Source: Pseudovirgaria hyperparasitica
Taxonomy: Eukaryota
Length of the DNA: 64,000 nt
Assembly: GCA_010093815.1 (NCBI GenBank)
Contig: ML996571.1
Direction: 5' to 3' (one strand)
Position numbers and translations under genes: made by a program. Positions 13,213 through 25,200 of this stretch are shown here, in pieces; positions within the stretch are counted from its first letter, which is position 1, and each line of letters begins with the position of its first letter. The notes beneath the pieces are model-generated. The model was not told the origin of the DNA. It saw only the letters and a list, made by a program, of their open reading frames with translations, and made no database searches.

Positions 13213-14214
13213 ATGTCCGACAACCGAGCTGCATTTCGTGACGCTGCTGACCGAAGGTTCATCATCCGAGACGCAGAGGACCAATTCGCGGAGGATAACG
13301 AGATAGTGATCAGAAACGCTGCTATATCACTCAACCCAGTCGACAAATATACCTTGTATGACAGATTTCCTCAGATTCCAGGTGCTGATGTTGCTGGAGA
13401 AGTCATAGAAGTCGGACTTGATGTGACAGCATTCCAAGAGGGCGATCGAGTCCTGGGTCATGCTTTGGCAATCGGAACAAAGGAGAACAGACACGGCGCA
13501 TTCCAACGATATACTGCCATACCAGACAATATGGCAGCCCGTATTCCACGCCACATATCATATCAAAGCGCTGCTGCTCTTCCCCTCGGTGTCTCAACCG
13601 CAGCAGCGGCTTTGTTCCAGAAGGATTTCCTGGCGCTTTCCAATCCCACTGTTCCTCCGGCAACTTTGTCAGAGCCTAGAGCGGTGGTCATAATCGGCGC
13701 GTCAGGCAACGTTGGAAGTAACGCGGTGCAATTAGCAAAAGCAGCTGGCTACACTGTTATCGGGACAGCATCCACCAGTAGCGCCAAGCTGGTCAAAGAC
13801 CTTGGCGCCCAAGAGGTGGTGGATGATCGAGTGAACGATAAGAACGTCGTAGTCGAGAACGTCAAGAAGGCGTTGAATGGGATGGACATTTGTGGAGTTT
13901 TTGATGCTGCTGGGATGCCAGGAACGCATAAACTCGCCAGAGATATCGTAATTGCTGTGTCTGGTCGCAAGATCGCAGTAACTACTCAGAGCTATGAGGG
14001 TGAAGGCCTTGAATTCGAAGGCGTAACGTTGATGGATGTTATGGCTGTTGCTATCCAGAATAACGAGGTCGGTAAGATGGTCTACGGATTCCTACAAAAG
14101 GCCCTCCAGATGAAGTCATATCAGGTGCCGGATACAGTAGTAGTCGGCAAACAACTGGGAGATATCTATGGCAATCTAGACGGGCGCGGGAAGAAGATCA
14201 TTCTAATGGAGTAG
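13213..14214 (+). CDS. MDR-superfamily NAD(P)H oxidoreductase (enoyl-reductase/zeta-crystallin-like)
   Basis: Single ORF; AISLNPVD, PGADVAGEV, GDRVLG, HGAFQRY, AAALPLGVSTAA, Rossmann IIGASGNVGSNAVQLA. Confidence 0.9.
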   Translation: MSDNRAAFRDAADRRFIIRDAEDQFAEDNEIVIRNAAISLNPVDKYTLYDRFPQIPGADVAGEVIEVGLDVTAFQEGDRVLGHALAIGTKENRHGAFQRYTAIPDNMAARIPRHISYQSAAALPLGVSTAAAALFQKDFLALSNPTVPPATLSEPRAVVIIGASGNVGSNAVQLAKAAGYTVIGTASTSSAKLVKDLGAQEVVDDRVNDKNVVVENVKKALNGMDICGVFDAAGMPGTHKLARDIVIAVSGRKIAVTTQSYEGEGLEFEGVTLMDVMAVAIQNNEVGKMVYGFLQKALQMKSYQVPDTVVVGKQLGDIYGNLDGRGKKIILME

Positions 14215-14812
14215 GCATTAGAAGGCGGTTGTGTATGAATTTGCACGGAACAAGATTCCGAAATGAAGGCACGTGACTCATGTATATGTCTTGGCAATCC
14301 CTAAATTCGCGCTTCGGCGACTCTCTCATCATCCCATTTCATTCTTCTTAATCGGACCTGACGCACATAAAATGGATATTCTATTCGCTTGCTCGATCAA
14401 GAAGTGAGATCAGCAAAATCTATGCAATTCCACAAGCCAGCATAACGTCACCGACATCCATGCCTGCTCCTTATCCTCCCGAACAACAACACATTTATGC
14501 ATGCAGTAAGCCTCCACATAGATGCATGATCTCAGCCAGCCACTGCATATGCATGCATAGTCACATTTGAACGCAATATCTGTTTCGATCTAACTCCGAT
14601 GTATCTTATCGCTGTAAATATCCCATACGAGCGTAGTGATCGAGATGTGACAGCAGAATCGTGGTTTTATGGAGCGCGGCCGAAAGTGCTTGATGATTGG
14701 ATATATCCTGATCAGCTTTGAGCGCAAAACATGGCGAATGCCAGGTATAGATATCTCCATAATCTGCCTATACAGGCGAAAAGCATTCCCCTAAGAAGCG
14801 CATCATTTTGAC

Positions 14813-17656
14813 ATGGCTCGCAAGACCTATCCCATTCGTGGTATCGCAGCAGGAATCGGTGGCAATGGCGAGGTACCAGTAAGAAGAGAGTTTAGTGAGT
14901 GGACGACCAGTAGCGATCCTCAAGACGCAAGACAAGTCATTCTATTCTTTTTAGCTCTTGATCGTTTCCAAAAGGTCCATCCGTCCGATAGAGACTCGTA
15001 CTTTCAAATTGCAGGTTTGTCAGGCATCTTCTGTCATGACACGCTGTCATGGAGTAACTCACACCAGCTAGGGATTCATGGCTATCCGTATGAATCATGG
15101 GATGAAGATAATCTTACCGAGACCGAGATCCAAGGCGCAGGTAACACTCGAAGAGGGTATTGTATGCATGCAAATGCCTTGTTTCCAGTCTGGCATCGAC
15201 CATATCTTCTTCTGTATGAGGTAAGAGTTCAAAATAGTTTTTCTGGATCGGCAGCTCTTCACTGAAATTGAAAGCAACGAATCTATGAGTCTATGCTCGA
15301 AATCATCGAAGAGCGACCGAATGACAGCAAAGATGAGTGGAAGAAAGCGGCAAATACCTGGCGATTGCCGTTTTGGGACTGGGCCAAGAATCCCATACCA
15401 AAGTTTCTAAGCTATCCTACGCTGAATATCAAGATAGATGGCAAGTCAGTGCATCTTGAAAACCCCATGTACAAATTCAAGATGCCCAATGACGAGCCGA
15501 TGAGCCAATATGGGGTGGGGAGCTTACGGAATCTTGACACAGGTATAAACCTAAAGGTGAGAATTCATGAAGACCTGGTCAGAAATCTCTGGTCCTCGAA
15601 ATAGATTATTAATATTGGCTTATTTTATAGTACGGCGATTGCCATGCGACAAGCCGTGGTCTTGACCGTGACAAGTGGCCCACCGAAAAGCAGTGGATTG
15701 AAGGATTTGTCGATGACGATCAAGCCAATGTGATGTTGAAAGGGCATGGGTCTATAACTGGCTTTGATTATGGTGCTGCTTCTGAGCTTGTGTATCGGCT
15801 CTTGACGTATCCCCTAGATTGGGGTTCCTTTGCAACCCTCGCTCGAGATCTAGATGAGACATCAGTCACAGCAAGTACGACGAAGGTCATGAAAGATATC
15901 AATCTGGAATTTATTCACAACAACATTCACTACTGGGTTGGCGGAGGTAAGAATCTTCGGTCTGTGGCTGTTACCTTAATACTACTGACTGTATGACTAG
16001 ATGGGGGACATATGTCGCAAATTCCTGTAGCTACATTTGACCCGGTGTTTTGGCTTCACCACTGGTACATGTCCGGATTTCATTCTATATCATCATCTGA
16101 CTCCCTATAGTAACATTGATCGCTTGTTTGCTGTATGGCAGACCCTGAATCAAGACATAAAGCAAGATTCTACAGGCGTGGGTGGTGACAAGGAAAAGTG
16201 GTTTGATGTGGATCAACAGAGGTATTTTGACCAAAAAATCGTTGGGTTGGGGGATGCAATCACGAACAAAACTCCTTTGCGTCCATTCCATAAAGATGAA
16301 CATGGCACGATGTGGACGCCGCAAGACGCAATCAACTGGTACAGTCTCGGGTACACTTATCCAGAACTTCAGCCTTGGAAGAGCAAGGATCATACCATTT
16401 ACAAGGAACAACTCTTCGCAAACATGAACGAAGCATATGGTCAAGTCAGAAGAGAAGCTCTCGGAGGAGTTGCCGGGAAAACCGAGATCATCGATAAGAA
16501 TAAGGATGGGACGGTAGACTTGAACGACTATGCCATTAGCGTATCTTTCAAGAAGTGAGTTGCTCAAGCTACGCCGAAATGACTCTGACTCAATCACAAA
16601 GGTTTGCTTTCAATGGGGAGCCTTTCAATCTAGAAGTCTTCCTTCGCCCTGACGATGCACCGAGAGATCGAAAGTCGTTCGCCAAGGACGAATTTGTTAC
16701 GAATGTTTACAATTTCAGTCAACCAGCCGAACGTGACGGACAAGAAGTGTGCTCCAACTGTGCCGATCGACAAGCAGACGACGTCATGATTCAGTCCTAT
16801 ATCCCACTAACATCTTATCTGATAAAGATGATACAGCAAGGGCGCTTGGACAATCTCAAACCAGTAACTGTAGAGAAATTCCTCCAAGGCTTATACTATC
16901 GCGTCAAGATGAATGGAGAGGTGGTGGATGAAGCGAAATGGCTCAGCAAACCCGAATTCGGACTAAAAGTTGACGTGTTCCAGATGAAGATGACATTCTC
17001 AGAAGATCCATCGGTTGTGCCTGGGCGCACAGAGCCAGTGATCATTCCTACACTGGGCGTTGGCCCCGACCGCGATAATGCTTCCTCGACGTGAGTAAGA
17101 TGAATACTTCGTTTGGCCCAGGCAGCTGATCTGCAACAGAACCGGTGTGACTGATCTTATCACTGTAAACAAGATTAATCCTCTTGCACAGCCCATCTCC
17201 GACGGTGGGTCGATCGTCTTCAGATGTCCTAGCAGTGTCTCCACGAAATCAAATCGCGAAAGCAAAGACACTCTCTCTCTGCTCTCATACCCGGATGGCA
17301 GTACTAGAGACCCCTTTGACGAAGACAGCTACGATTTCGTCCTCAGTATTTTCCTCCGCAGCAAAGCCCAGACGCTAGAGTTCGATAGTCGAGAGGCGGG
17401 TAAACCTTATGTCAATGCCAAAAGCTTAGACACCAATGCTTGGATTCAGCAAGGCGATGCAAAGATCCAGATTGATCTCAAGCCGGACCAGTTTGACATT
17501 TGGGTCGACGGCAACAGTGTTGGCTCGATTGATAGGACGGTGAAAGGGAGAACGATCACACATGTGAGAAACTGGGTTATGTCTGGAAAGCAGCCAGTTC
17601 TTGGCAAAGATATTGAGGCGACAACATATAAGTCATCGGGTCATGTACAAGGTTAA
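14813..17656 (+). CDS. Tyrosinase (type-3 copper) with C-terminal shielding domain and a probable spliced galectin-like terminal domain
   Basis: CuA: AGIHGYP, YCMHANALFPVWHRPY; WRLPFWDWA; CuB: EFIHNNIHYWVGG, ATFDPVFWLHH(C)NIDR; LGYTYPE; C-domain with CSNC. Several short introns; intron 17091-17139 joins ORF 16555-17094 in frame to ORF 17147-17656. Tyrosinase call is firm; the fusion is predicted. Confidence 0.9.
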
Positions 17657-17799
17657 GACACGAGTGTAGAGTTTGCAGATCCATGTTCGCACTGCATCTG
17701 TTTTCCCATTTCCTGTTCTGAGATGTTTACATTCGAAAGTCTCCTCTTTCTCCCATCAAGACCATACATCTCTGATGGTTCGGCTAGATCCCTGATCGG

Positions 17800-18564
17800 T
17801 CACTCCTTGATCTCTCTTAACCTCTTCTCTTTCTCCACAATATCTCTCTCCAACACATCTTCCCTCCCCATCATTTCTTCCAACCTCCTTTCGTCCTTCT
17901 TCAACCACTCTCTACCATCCCTCGCCTTTCCAAACCGTCCATACCCACGCAAACTTTCTTCATTACCAACACGATTGGCCATCTGAGAGTGCAGGACTCG
18001 TGCTCTCAACAGGTCAGCCTTTAGCTTCAGCAGGGCCAGCCTAGCATTCCGGATCTCGGTGATTAAACGGTCTCGCTCCTTTTCGCGTAAAACCAGGGTA
18101 TCAACCTCATCCAAAGCTTGATTATCATCTCGCGTCTCTGTACCTGGGCAATCCTGTTTTGCCTCCCGAAGACCTAAAGGATCGGCAACGTAGAGCCCGA
18201 ATGACACAACGATGAACGACGCCGTGGTAGTAAGGGCGAATGAGAGGGCCTCGCAAGAGTATTTTCTAAAGTTAGAGAGCACAGGTGGCCCTGGAGAAGT
18301 GTGTTTGATATGTCCCTTCTTCTGGCTGTGCATTAGGGGTTCGGGCAGGCGTACGGCTTTAGCCCGAAGTGTAGGTTTGGTACTGCTAGCTGCAGGCCTC
18401 TTAGAGGCGTTCTTGGCTAGCCAGACGTTTGTGGTGGTTATCGAACGTTGCTGTGTATTCATAGCAGTCTGAATAAGGTTTCTCTGGGGAGCGAAGTTCC
18501 TCAAGTTTGGACGCGTTGTTGCCAACGGTCGTGCGATGGAGTGAGATATTCTGAAGATATTCAT
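17800..18564 (-). CDS. Hypothetical protein, possibly mitochondrial, single TM + coiled coil
   Basis: 254-aa ORF; R/S/T-rich acid-free N-terminus resembling a presequence, hydrophobic segment ALSFALTTTASFIVVSFGLYV, charged coiled-coil C-terminus. Confidence 0.6.
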   Translation of the reverse strand: MNIFRISHSIARPLATTRPNLRNFAPQRNLIQTAMNTQQRSITTTNVWLAKNASKRPAASSTKPTLRAKAVRLPEPLMHSQKKGHIKHTSPGPPVLSNFRKYSCEALSFALTTTASFIVVSFGLYVADPLGLREAKQDCPGTETRDDNQALDEVDTLVLREKERDRLITEIRNARLALLKLKADLLRARVLHSQMANRVGNEESLRGYGRFGKARDGREWLKKDERRLEEMMGREDVLERDIVEKEKRLREIKE

Positions 18565-19513
18565 GGTGGTGGAGAAAATAGCAATAATGACTGGGATTTT
18601 ATGACGGTGTAATATTCGAAGAAAGACGTGTGTGGGAAGCTCTTGTGGACGAATAGTGTCTTATGATGGTAAGATATATGTCCTATCAACAGTCTTGGAC
18701 ATTTCTGATAGATGGCTCACAGCTGCAAACATCGTGGGTTTGCTTGAGAGAACAAATGTCTCTAGGAAGAAACCAAAGGTAGAAAGAATGAAAGGAATAG
18801 GTCGCACGAACTTTTCGACACAAAGACAAAGAAATCAACAAACGATGGGGAAATGTTGCACGGATTCTCATACAATGTTTCATGCAAAGTATACGTATAT
18901 GGGCATCGAAGGCTTAAGGAATAATTTCAAAGGAAGTGCTATGGGCATCGCAATGACAAGATCCGGGTACAAAGCAAAGCAAGTGCTTGAATCATCTCAT
19001 TCACCACAGCTGCTCTATAATAATCATCACCTTGTTATGAGTTTCAGCTATCAGTTCCATTCATCGAATGACGTCCTGTAACAACTTTGAACAGAGTGGA
19101 GAAGATAATATAGCACGATGAGACCCTGATCTCAATGTTCAATCTTCGCGCGACGATAGAGCGACCCATTTCGAAGAGTGAGAAAGTCTTGTTTCGCCGA
19201 CCAAGAGAACCAAAGCTACCATAGATCTACTTTCGCAAAGATATCTGTGCTGTAGGTTGCGGCATATCTGATTGTGTCGAGTGGAGAGACACATACATGG
19301 ATGAATTAAGTAGGCCACATCGATTCCTCGGGATATCTGCCAAGTGAGTATCAAGGAAGCAGTCTGGATTCGCAACAATCCGCTGCTTCCTGCTCTGGTA
19401 GTAAAAGGCAACAATGCGCTGCACATCATGCTGTAAGTAGATAGACATGCTCCGAGGCTATGTAGAGTCAATGATTCCACTGGCCAAACGAAGAAGACTA
19501 CAACATTATTCCT

Positions 19514-21059
19514 CTATAGCTTTATCGATATGTTAAATCTGTCCAAGACGAGCGCCACTGTTGCGACGCCTGCAAGATAGTTGATAAGAATAGCCATAGA
19601 CTCAGATCTCTCCATGTCAAGCGTATTCATCGTCATGTTGATCGCACCAGTGAAAAGGTTTGCAATTAAGAAGATCGCAAGCCCATTCCTGTTAAAGGCG
19701 CGCAGCACCGAGCTGGTCGCGAATTCCGCGCGCGCCTTTTCAGTCTCCCTATCTGGAGAAGTGTATAGATCAGGAAAGCAAATTGTCTCTATAGCACAGT
19801 ACAACGCCATTTGGGACGTGTTGAATGCGGAAACCCAGAGAAAATATGGCATATTTGCCAAGCGCCTCGAGACACGGAGATTGAACCGGTTATAGGAGAC
19901 TGAGACATAGTACAACGACCACCATACAACAGCCCAAGCAACCAGTCGGGCTACGGTCGATGATCTCAGTTTCTGAAACAATGTGGCAGTCTTTGGTAAA
20001 ATCACTTGACGCGGAAGTGCGTAGGTCCCTGTAGCCTGACCTGAGAGAAAGATGGCCAGGTACCCGATGAAAGAAAAGATGCCTTCGCGATTTGCCGAGA
20101 ACAGGTCCGTGCGAGGTGCGAGAAACACGAATTCCTTGATATTGGTGTTGTTTTCATCCAAAGCAACTTCATAAGCAAAACTTAGGATGAATGCAAGAGC
20201 AGCATATGATGGCACAAGCGCAAACAAGGACTGGAAAATAGCCATAAAGGGCGGCAGAAGTCCAAGAGTAAAGAAGAAGTTCCAGTGCACGCCATATTCA
20301 CTGACATGCTCGGCGTAATCCAGACCTTTGACACTATAGAGACGTATCAAGCCGAGAACTAGAAGAGGTAGAGAATGCCTTAAAGATGCAGCAAATCGCC
20401 GCAGAAAAGGCTGCATCTTACCGCTGGCACTTTCTTTGAGGCTTGAGCGCACAGATACGGTACCTGCCGTAAAAACGAAGGATCCAACGCCCATATCCAT
20501 GAGTGAAGTCCCCCAATTTTCCACCTTGGCGAATCGTCGCGGGAATACTTTAAAGTCAACCGCAAGAATTGCCACACATGTTATTATTATCATTCCCCCA
20601 CGGTAACTTGTGATAAAAGGCTTGATCGGGAACTGGTCAAGCTTGGTTGCGTCGGCTTTCGTCGCGTGCTTTGGTTGCTGTGTAGGTTTGATTTTCGCAG
20701 GACGCAGCGCTGAGTTCGAAGTGAAGTACGTGACAATGGCAGGCAGTATAATAAAGAAGTTGAGCAAAAGTGGCGCAGGGGAGTACAGCGTTGTTGCGAA
20801 CAGAATAGCTCCACATTGAAGTAGGAAGTCTACGAGGCACGCGCCAGGGGTATACGGCGTGAAGAACAGAGATCTTGACTGGAGGACGGACCATAGGAGT
20901 ACTGCGGCCTAATCGCTAGATTAGCAACTGATTATGAGCTGTAGGTTACAGTCTGATCCTCACCGGCGCAACAAGTGTGACCAGATTGACCTCCCACGCG
21001 CTGCCTCCAGTCAGATTCGAGACATGGTCCACTTTACGTTGCTTGTAAGAGAGCGTCAT
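19514..21059 (-). CDS. GWT1: GPI inositol acyltransferase GWT1/PIG-W
   Basis: MTLSYKQRK..HVSNLTGGS exon, intron 20909-20963; AILAVDFKVFPRRFAKVENWGTSLMDMGVGSFVF, EHVSEYGVHWNFFFTL, NREGIFSFIGY, VSRRLAN, FNRNGLAIFLIAN. Confidence 0.97.
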
Positions 21060-22275
21060 GCTGGGAAGAGAACGCTGAGAAAGGCACGGTAATTGAAACA
21101 AGAGTATGTATCTTTTGGTGCGCCTACAGCGCGCACATATGATCTGCGAAGCTCCTTGCAGTGACAAGGTAATAAGCTATAATATGCAAGAGTCGAGATA
21201 ATCCAAACGCCAAGAGTTTGGCAGAGATGCGTGGTCACGTGCGGATCGATATCTTTGGGCAGCTGGTAAGTTATGTCTTCTCTATGATCATCAGCACTTT
21301 TTAATAGTACTCCTTGATGTTCACCAGCGCTACATTCACTTTAATTACTGCTATTAATTCTGAAGCTCACAAACACCCTAAACTTGGTGTTCAGCCAAAT
21401 TCGGGAATGGGCTTTATTGAATACGTTGACCCCTTGCTGTGGAGACGTATTCGCTTTGTTGGTGGAGAGCCACGCGGTCTTTGACCTTGCCAATGCGTAC
21501 TGGTGTTACGACTCATGCAAGTCTTCTCAGCGACCGGCGGCTCATGCGGAAAATAAGACTGTGAAGAATTCAGATATCTCTGACTGGTATGGAACTGATA
21601 CAGGGGCTGCTTCGTATCAAAATCACCTGCAGGAAGCGCCCGGCTGGAATGACGGCGGTTTGAGACTGCTCATACGAAACCGCGAAGCTTATCTGCCTGA
21701 GCTGATATATTGGCAACAACGAGCAGTGTAGAACAGAGACAATCGGACGCTGTTTAAGTACGTGTCCGTGTTGTAGCGTACCTAGTCAAGAATTTGGATT
21801 AATCATATTAGACCGAAACGGAACGGCCCACGCATGGTTTTCGCGGTCCCCGCCTAGCCAGGCAGGGCAAGTCAGGGTCCCATCGGGGAAAGAACAGCGC
21901 TTTCAGCTGCGACAAACTTAGCGACCTTAGGCAGCTTATAAGGTAGGCGCTGGCGCTGGTCACCGGCCCCGGGCTGCCGGTCCCACTCCATCTCTCACTC
22001 GACGCCACTGCCACCTCGATTACTCAGATACTCTCTATCGTCGCATCTTCTCACCACACCTCCCTCGGCGCTGCCCTCACCCCTCCGCGAAGCTGGCCTT
22101 CCAGATCCGCTGATATCACCTGAAGTCTACATCTTTGTTCCTCTGCACTCTTCCCTACTTTCCGTAGGATCATAGCGATGTTAATATGACACTCTGAATA
22201 TCTCCGGTCCTCCATATTCCTTTGCGACAATCTCCGATACCTCACGCCAACCTACTTGGACCGCCATCACTCACA

Positions 22276-25200
22276 ATGTCGGGTTCCTCCCAACCCGCGT
22301 CTCTTTTGGATGCCGATCGAGCCCTTCCCACACCCCGAATTCCGACACTGGCGATGACCGCGACAGCAATGACAACAACAACGTTGAAAGTAGAGGGCAT
22401 GACTTGCGGAGCTTGCACCTCTGCAATCGAGAGCGCCTTTGAAGGCATTGAAGGAGTAGGAACGGTGAGCGTGAGCTTAGTAATGGAAAGAGCTGTTATC
22501 GTCCACGATTCTGCGAAGCTGTCCCCCGATCAAGCAAAGGAAATGATTGAGGACCGCGGATTTGATGCCGAAGTACTGTCGTCCGACCTTCCGACTGCGC
22601 GAGCCGTCGACAACATCATTGAAGAAGCCAACATATCCCTGATGACCACCACTGTCGCAATCAGCGGTATGACGTGCGGTGCATGTACGTCGGCTGTGGA
22701 AGGAAGTTTCAAGAATGTCGCAGGCATCAAATCATTCAGTATTTCTCTGCTTTCCGAACGAGCAATTATTGAGCACGACCCTAGCATAATAGCACCAGAG
22801 CAAATTGTAGAGGTCATCGATGACACTGGATTTGACGCAACCATCATGGAATCGCAAGCATCACAGCTTCATAAAATCGACACCCGGAAAACAAAGATTC
22901 TAACCACGACCGTCGGCATAGAAGGTATGACATGCGGTGCATGCACGAAAGCAGTCACGGACGGATTTGATGGGGTAGATGGCATCCTACAATTCAATAT
23001 TAGCCTCTTGGCAGAAAGAGCTATCGTGGTTCACGATCCTAGTAAGATCACTGAAGACCGAATAGCCGAGATAATAGATGATTGTGGCTTCGATGCGAAG
23101 ATCATATCGTCTTTCGAAGGCGGATCTCAGAGCTCAAAAAGTTCGTCTTCAGTGTCTCTCAAAATCTATGGCATGTCGAAAGCGGAGCATGCATCCGATC
23201 TTGGGGATAAAATCTCAGCTGTGACTGGAATCACGTCCGTATCGATCAATCTCAGGACCACCCGTGCTGTCATAAACTATAAACCCACAATAGTTGGTCT
23301 TCGAACAATCGTAGATACTATCGAAGCAGCAGGATTCAATGCACTGATGGCCGACGCTGACGATAACAACGCCCAACTCGAGTCACTCGCGAAAACAAAA
23401 GAGATCCAGGAATGGCGTCGCGCTTTCAGAACATCTCTGATGTTTGCTGTCCCGGTACTCTTGACGAGCATGATACTGCCCATGTGCATACCGGTCTTGG
23501 ACTACGGCAGTTGGGAGATCACCACTGGCCTGTGGTTCGGTGACCTTGTTTGCTTAGCTCTTACAGTCCCAGTCCAGTTTGGTATTGGAAACCGGTTTTA
23601 TGTCTCCGCTTATAAGTCTATGAAGCATGGCTCACCCACCATGGACGTTCTTGTTGTATTGGGCACATCGGCCGCATTCTTCTTCAGCCTTGCTGCGATG
23701 ATCGTGTCCATAGTGGTCCCACCTAACACCCGCCCAGCGACTGTATTCGACACAAGTACAATGCTTATTACTTTTATTACCCTAGGACGCTATATGGAGA
23801 ACAGAGCTAAAGGCCAAACTTCGAAAGCTCTCTCTAGACTGATGTCGCTGGCACCATCGATGACAACAATTTACGCAGATCCCATTGCCGCAGCCAAGAT
23901 CGCGGAGGGATGGGAATTACCAGAGAAATACTCAAAGCCCACAGAGGCTGCATCTGGCTCCTCCGATGAGAAAGTGATCCCGACAGAACTTCTCGAATTG
24001 GGGGATATCGTGATTATCAAGCCAGGCGACAAGGTTCCTGCCGATGGTCTCGTCATTCGTGGCGAGAGCTATGTGGATGAGAGCATGGTGACTGGCGAAG
24101 CTATGCCCATCCAGAAGAAGAAAGGCAGTTTCCTCATGGCTGGTACTATTAACGGTGCTGGTAAGATGGACTTTAGGGTCACTCGAGCAGGCCGTGACAC
24201 TCAACTCAGCCAAATCGTTCGTATGGTGCAAGAAGCGCAAACTAGCCGTGCGCCGATTCAGCGTATCGCTGATAAAGTCGCTGGATACTTTGTGCCAATA
24301 ATAATCACCCTTGGTCTATCTACATTCCTTGTCTGGATGGTGCTTAGCCATGTCCTTCGAAGACCACCAAGGATCTTCCTCGACGATGAAAGCGGCGGCA
24401 AGGTCATGGTTTGCGTTAAGCTTTGTATCTCTGTCATTGTTTTCGCCTGCCCATGCGCACTTGGTCTGAGTACACCTACCGCAATCATGGTGGGCACTGG
24501 CGTCGGCGCAGAGAACGGCATTTTAGTCAAAGGAGGAGCTGCATTAGAAACCGCTACCAAAGTCAATCATGTTGTTCTAGATAAAACTGGGACTCTGACT
24601 GTTGGTAAGATGGCTGTATCCAACTCAGACATTCTTGGGCTATGGAAGGATGACACTCAGAAGCAGCGACTGTTCTGGACCTTAATCGGGTTGGCTGAGA
24701 TGAATAGCGAGCATCCTATTGCCAAAGCCATTGTAATTGCTGCGAAAGACTATTTGAACATTGGACCAGAGTCTGCTCTCGACGGTAGTGTTGGTGACTT
24801 TGAAGTTGTTCCAGGGGAAGGAATCTCGGCCTTCGTTGAGGCCGCTATCTCCCCCGAACGCAAACGTCACCGAGTCCTTGTTGGAAACGCGCCGTACCTC
24901 AAGTCTCAAGGCATCAAACTCCCGGACGGTGCAGATGATGAAGAAGACCCTCGCACAACCCTCGACTCTATTCGTTCTGTAGAGGACCGTAATCCATCCT
25001 CTAAATCTGACGACCTGCGCTACGCTGGGACTACCACCATATACACCGCTATCGCAAATGAATACACCGGCACAATATCTCTGGCAGATTCGCTCAAGCC
25101 AGCCGCGAGATCTACAATTCTGGCCCTCGCCCGTCTCGGCATCTCGTCGTCTATCGTCACCGGCGACACACTTCCATCTGCTCTCGTCGTGGCATCCCAA

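Noticed and set aside
17147..17656. Independent 169-aa gene
   Set aside because: Starts at GTG with no nearby ATG or room for a promoter; better explained as the last exon of the tyrosinase
23150..23360. Fourth HMA domain of CCC2 lacking CxxC (GMSKAEH)
   Set aside because: Degenerate metal-binding repeats are common in fungal Cu-ATPases; not novel
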